Shown here: piece by piece, positions 63,285 through 64,000 of the stretch | How positions within the stretch are numbered: the stretch's first letter is position 1 | Layout of the letters: the number at the start of each line of letters is the position of its first letter | Assembly (NCBI RefSeq): GCF_006345805.1 | Contig: NC_043004.1 | Span: 102,982,001-103,046,000 of the forward strand | Length of the DNA stretch: 64,000 bases | Reading direction: 5' to 3' | Source: Octopus sinensis | Taxonomy: Eukaryota | Program-made: the position numbers and the translations under genes | Notes under the pieces: model-generated | The model's database searches: none | What the model was told of the DNA's origin: nothing | What the model saw: the letters and a program-made list of their open reading frames with translations, nothing else

Positions 63285-63510
63285 TATTGAGCGAAAACAC
63301 CTAAAAGTTCCACGAGAATCCGGCAGGGGGTGGTAGCGACCCCTGTTATACTCTTTCGCCACAACTTTCTCTCACTCTCTCTTCCTGTTTCTTGAGTAAC
63401 GGTGCGATGGACTGGCGTCCCGTCCATCTGGCGGTGAACACATACGCCACAGAAACCGGAAAACCGGACCCATGAGCCTGGCTAGGCTTTAAAAGGACGC
63501 ATAAATAAAT
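63285..63510 (+). mobile_element. Family C-related SINE, headless, with a third tail type
   Basis: C body, then GCGATGGACTGGCGTCCCGTCC...GAAACCGGAAAACCGGACCCATGAGCCTGG. Confidence 0.7.
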
Positions 63511-63511
63511 A

Positions 63512-63628
63512 ATGTATGTATGTATATATATATATATTATATATATTATTATTATTATTATTATTATTACCACCACCACTATCACATCCACCGCTACTTC
63601 TACAAACATCACCACTACAATCCCTTCA

Positions 63629-63689
<61 letters not shown>

Positions 63690-63785
63690 ACTACTACTAC
63701 TACTACAACTATCATCACCACTATTACCAACACCGTTCTCACCACGAACACCACCACCACCACCACCATCACCATTCTCACCTCC
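63512..63785. repeat. Compound (ATT)n(ACC)n(ACT)n microsatellite
   Basis: Seen directly. Confidence 0.95.
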
Positions 63786-64000
63786 CACTATGTGGACCTC
63801 TCTTACGGCTTCTCTCTGTTATCGCTATTCCTTCAGTTTATATTTTCAGACATTTATTTTATATCATTTTATTTCATTCTTTTAGCCTTCATGTTGGCCA
63901 CATTTCTGAAGGGTAAAGTGTGTTCTACTAAATACCACAAGGCATTTTTATTCGACATTCTACCGACAATGCCAAACTACCGCCCTTAAACACTTTATTA

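Overview
AT-rich, microsatellite-dense animal genomic DNA. The SINE families resemble those of octopus (coleoid cephalopod); this is inferred from repeat content, not from a database search. I found no host protein-coding exon that I can support, so the window looks intronic or intergenic. Almost all ORFs in the track are microsatellite read-throughs, SINE artefacts or pieces of decayed transposons. The window holds four tRNA-headed SINE families in many copies, plus decayed LINEs: Tx1/L1-Tx1 (tandemly duplicated), RTE-BovB, CR1-like, Jockey/I-like and Penelope-like. It also holds DNA transposon remnants (Tigger/pogo, maT/DD37D mariner), several MITEs, two Helitron-like elements and long inverted repeats. 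Two signals stand out. First, there is a set of small non-coding elements carrying type-I hammerhead ribozyme motifs with palindromic stem III: one with a complete core and stems at 30451-30561, one inside a terminally redundant 349-bp retrozyme-like unit at 52397-52818, two inside fold-back elements, and one possibly permuted or pseudoknotted motif at 50378-50439. Second, two SINE families share 3' tails with LINEs present in the same window, including a SINE tail matching a Tx1-clade LINE that sits in (TCTA)n tracts. All alignments and folds were done by eye; coordinates of degenerate repeats are approximate.
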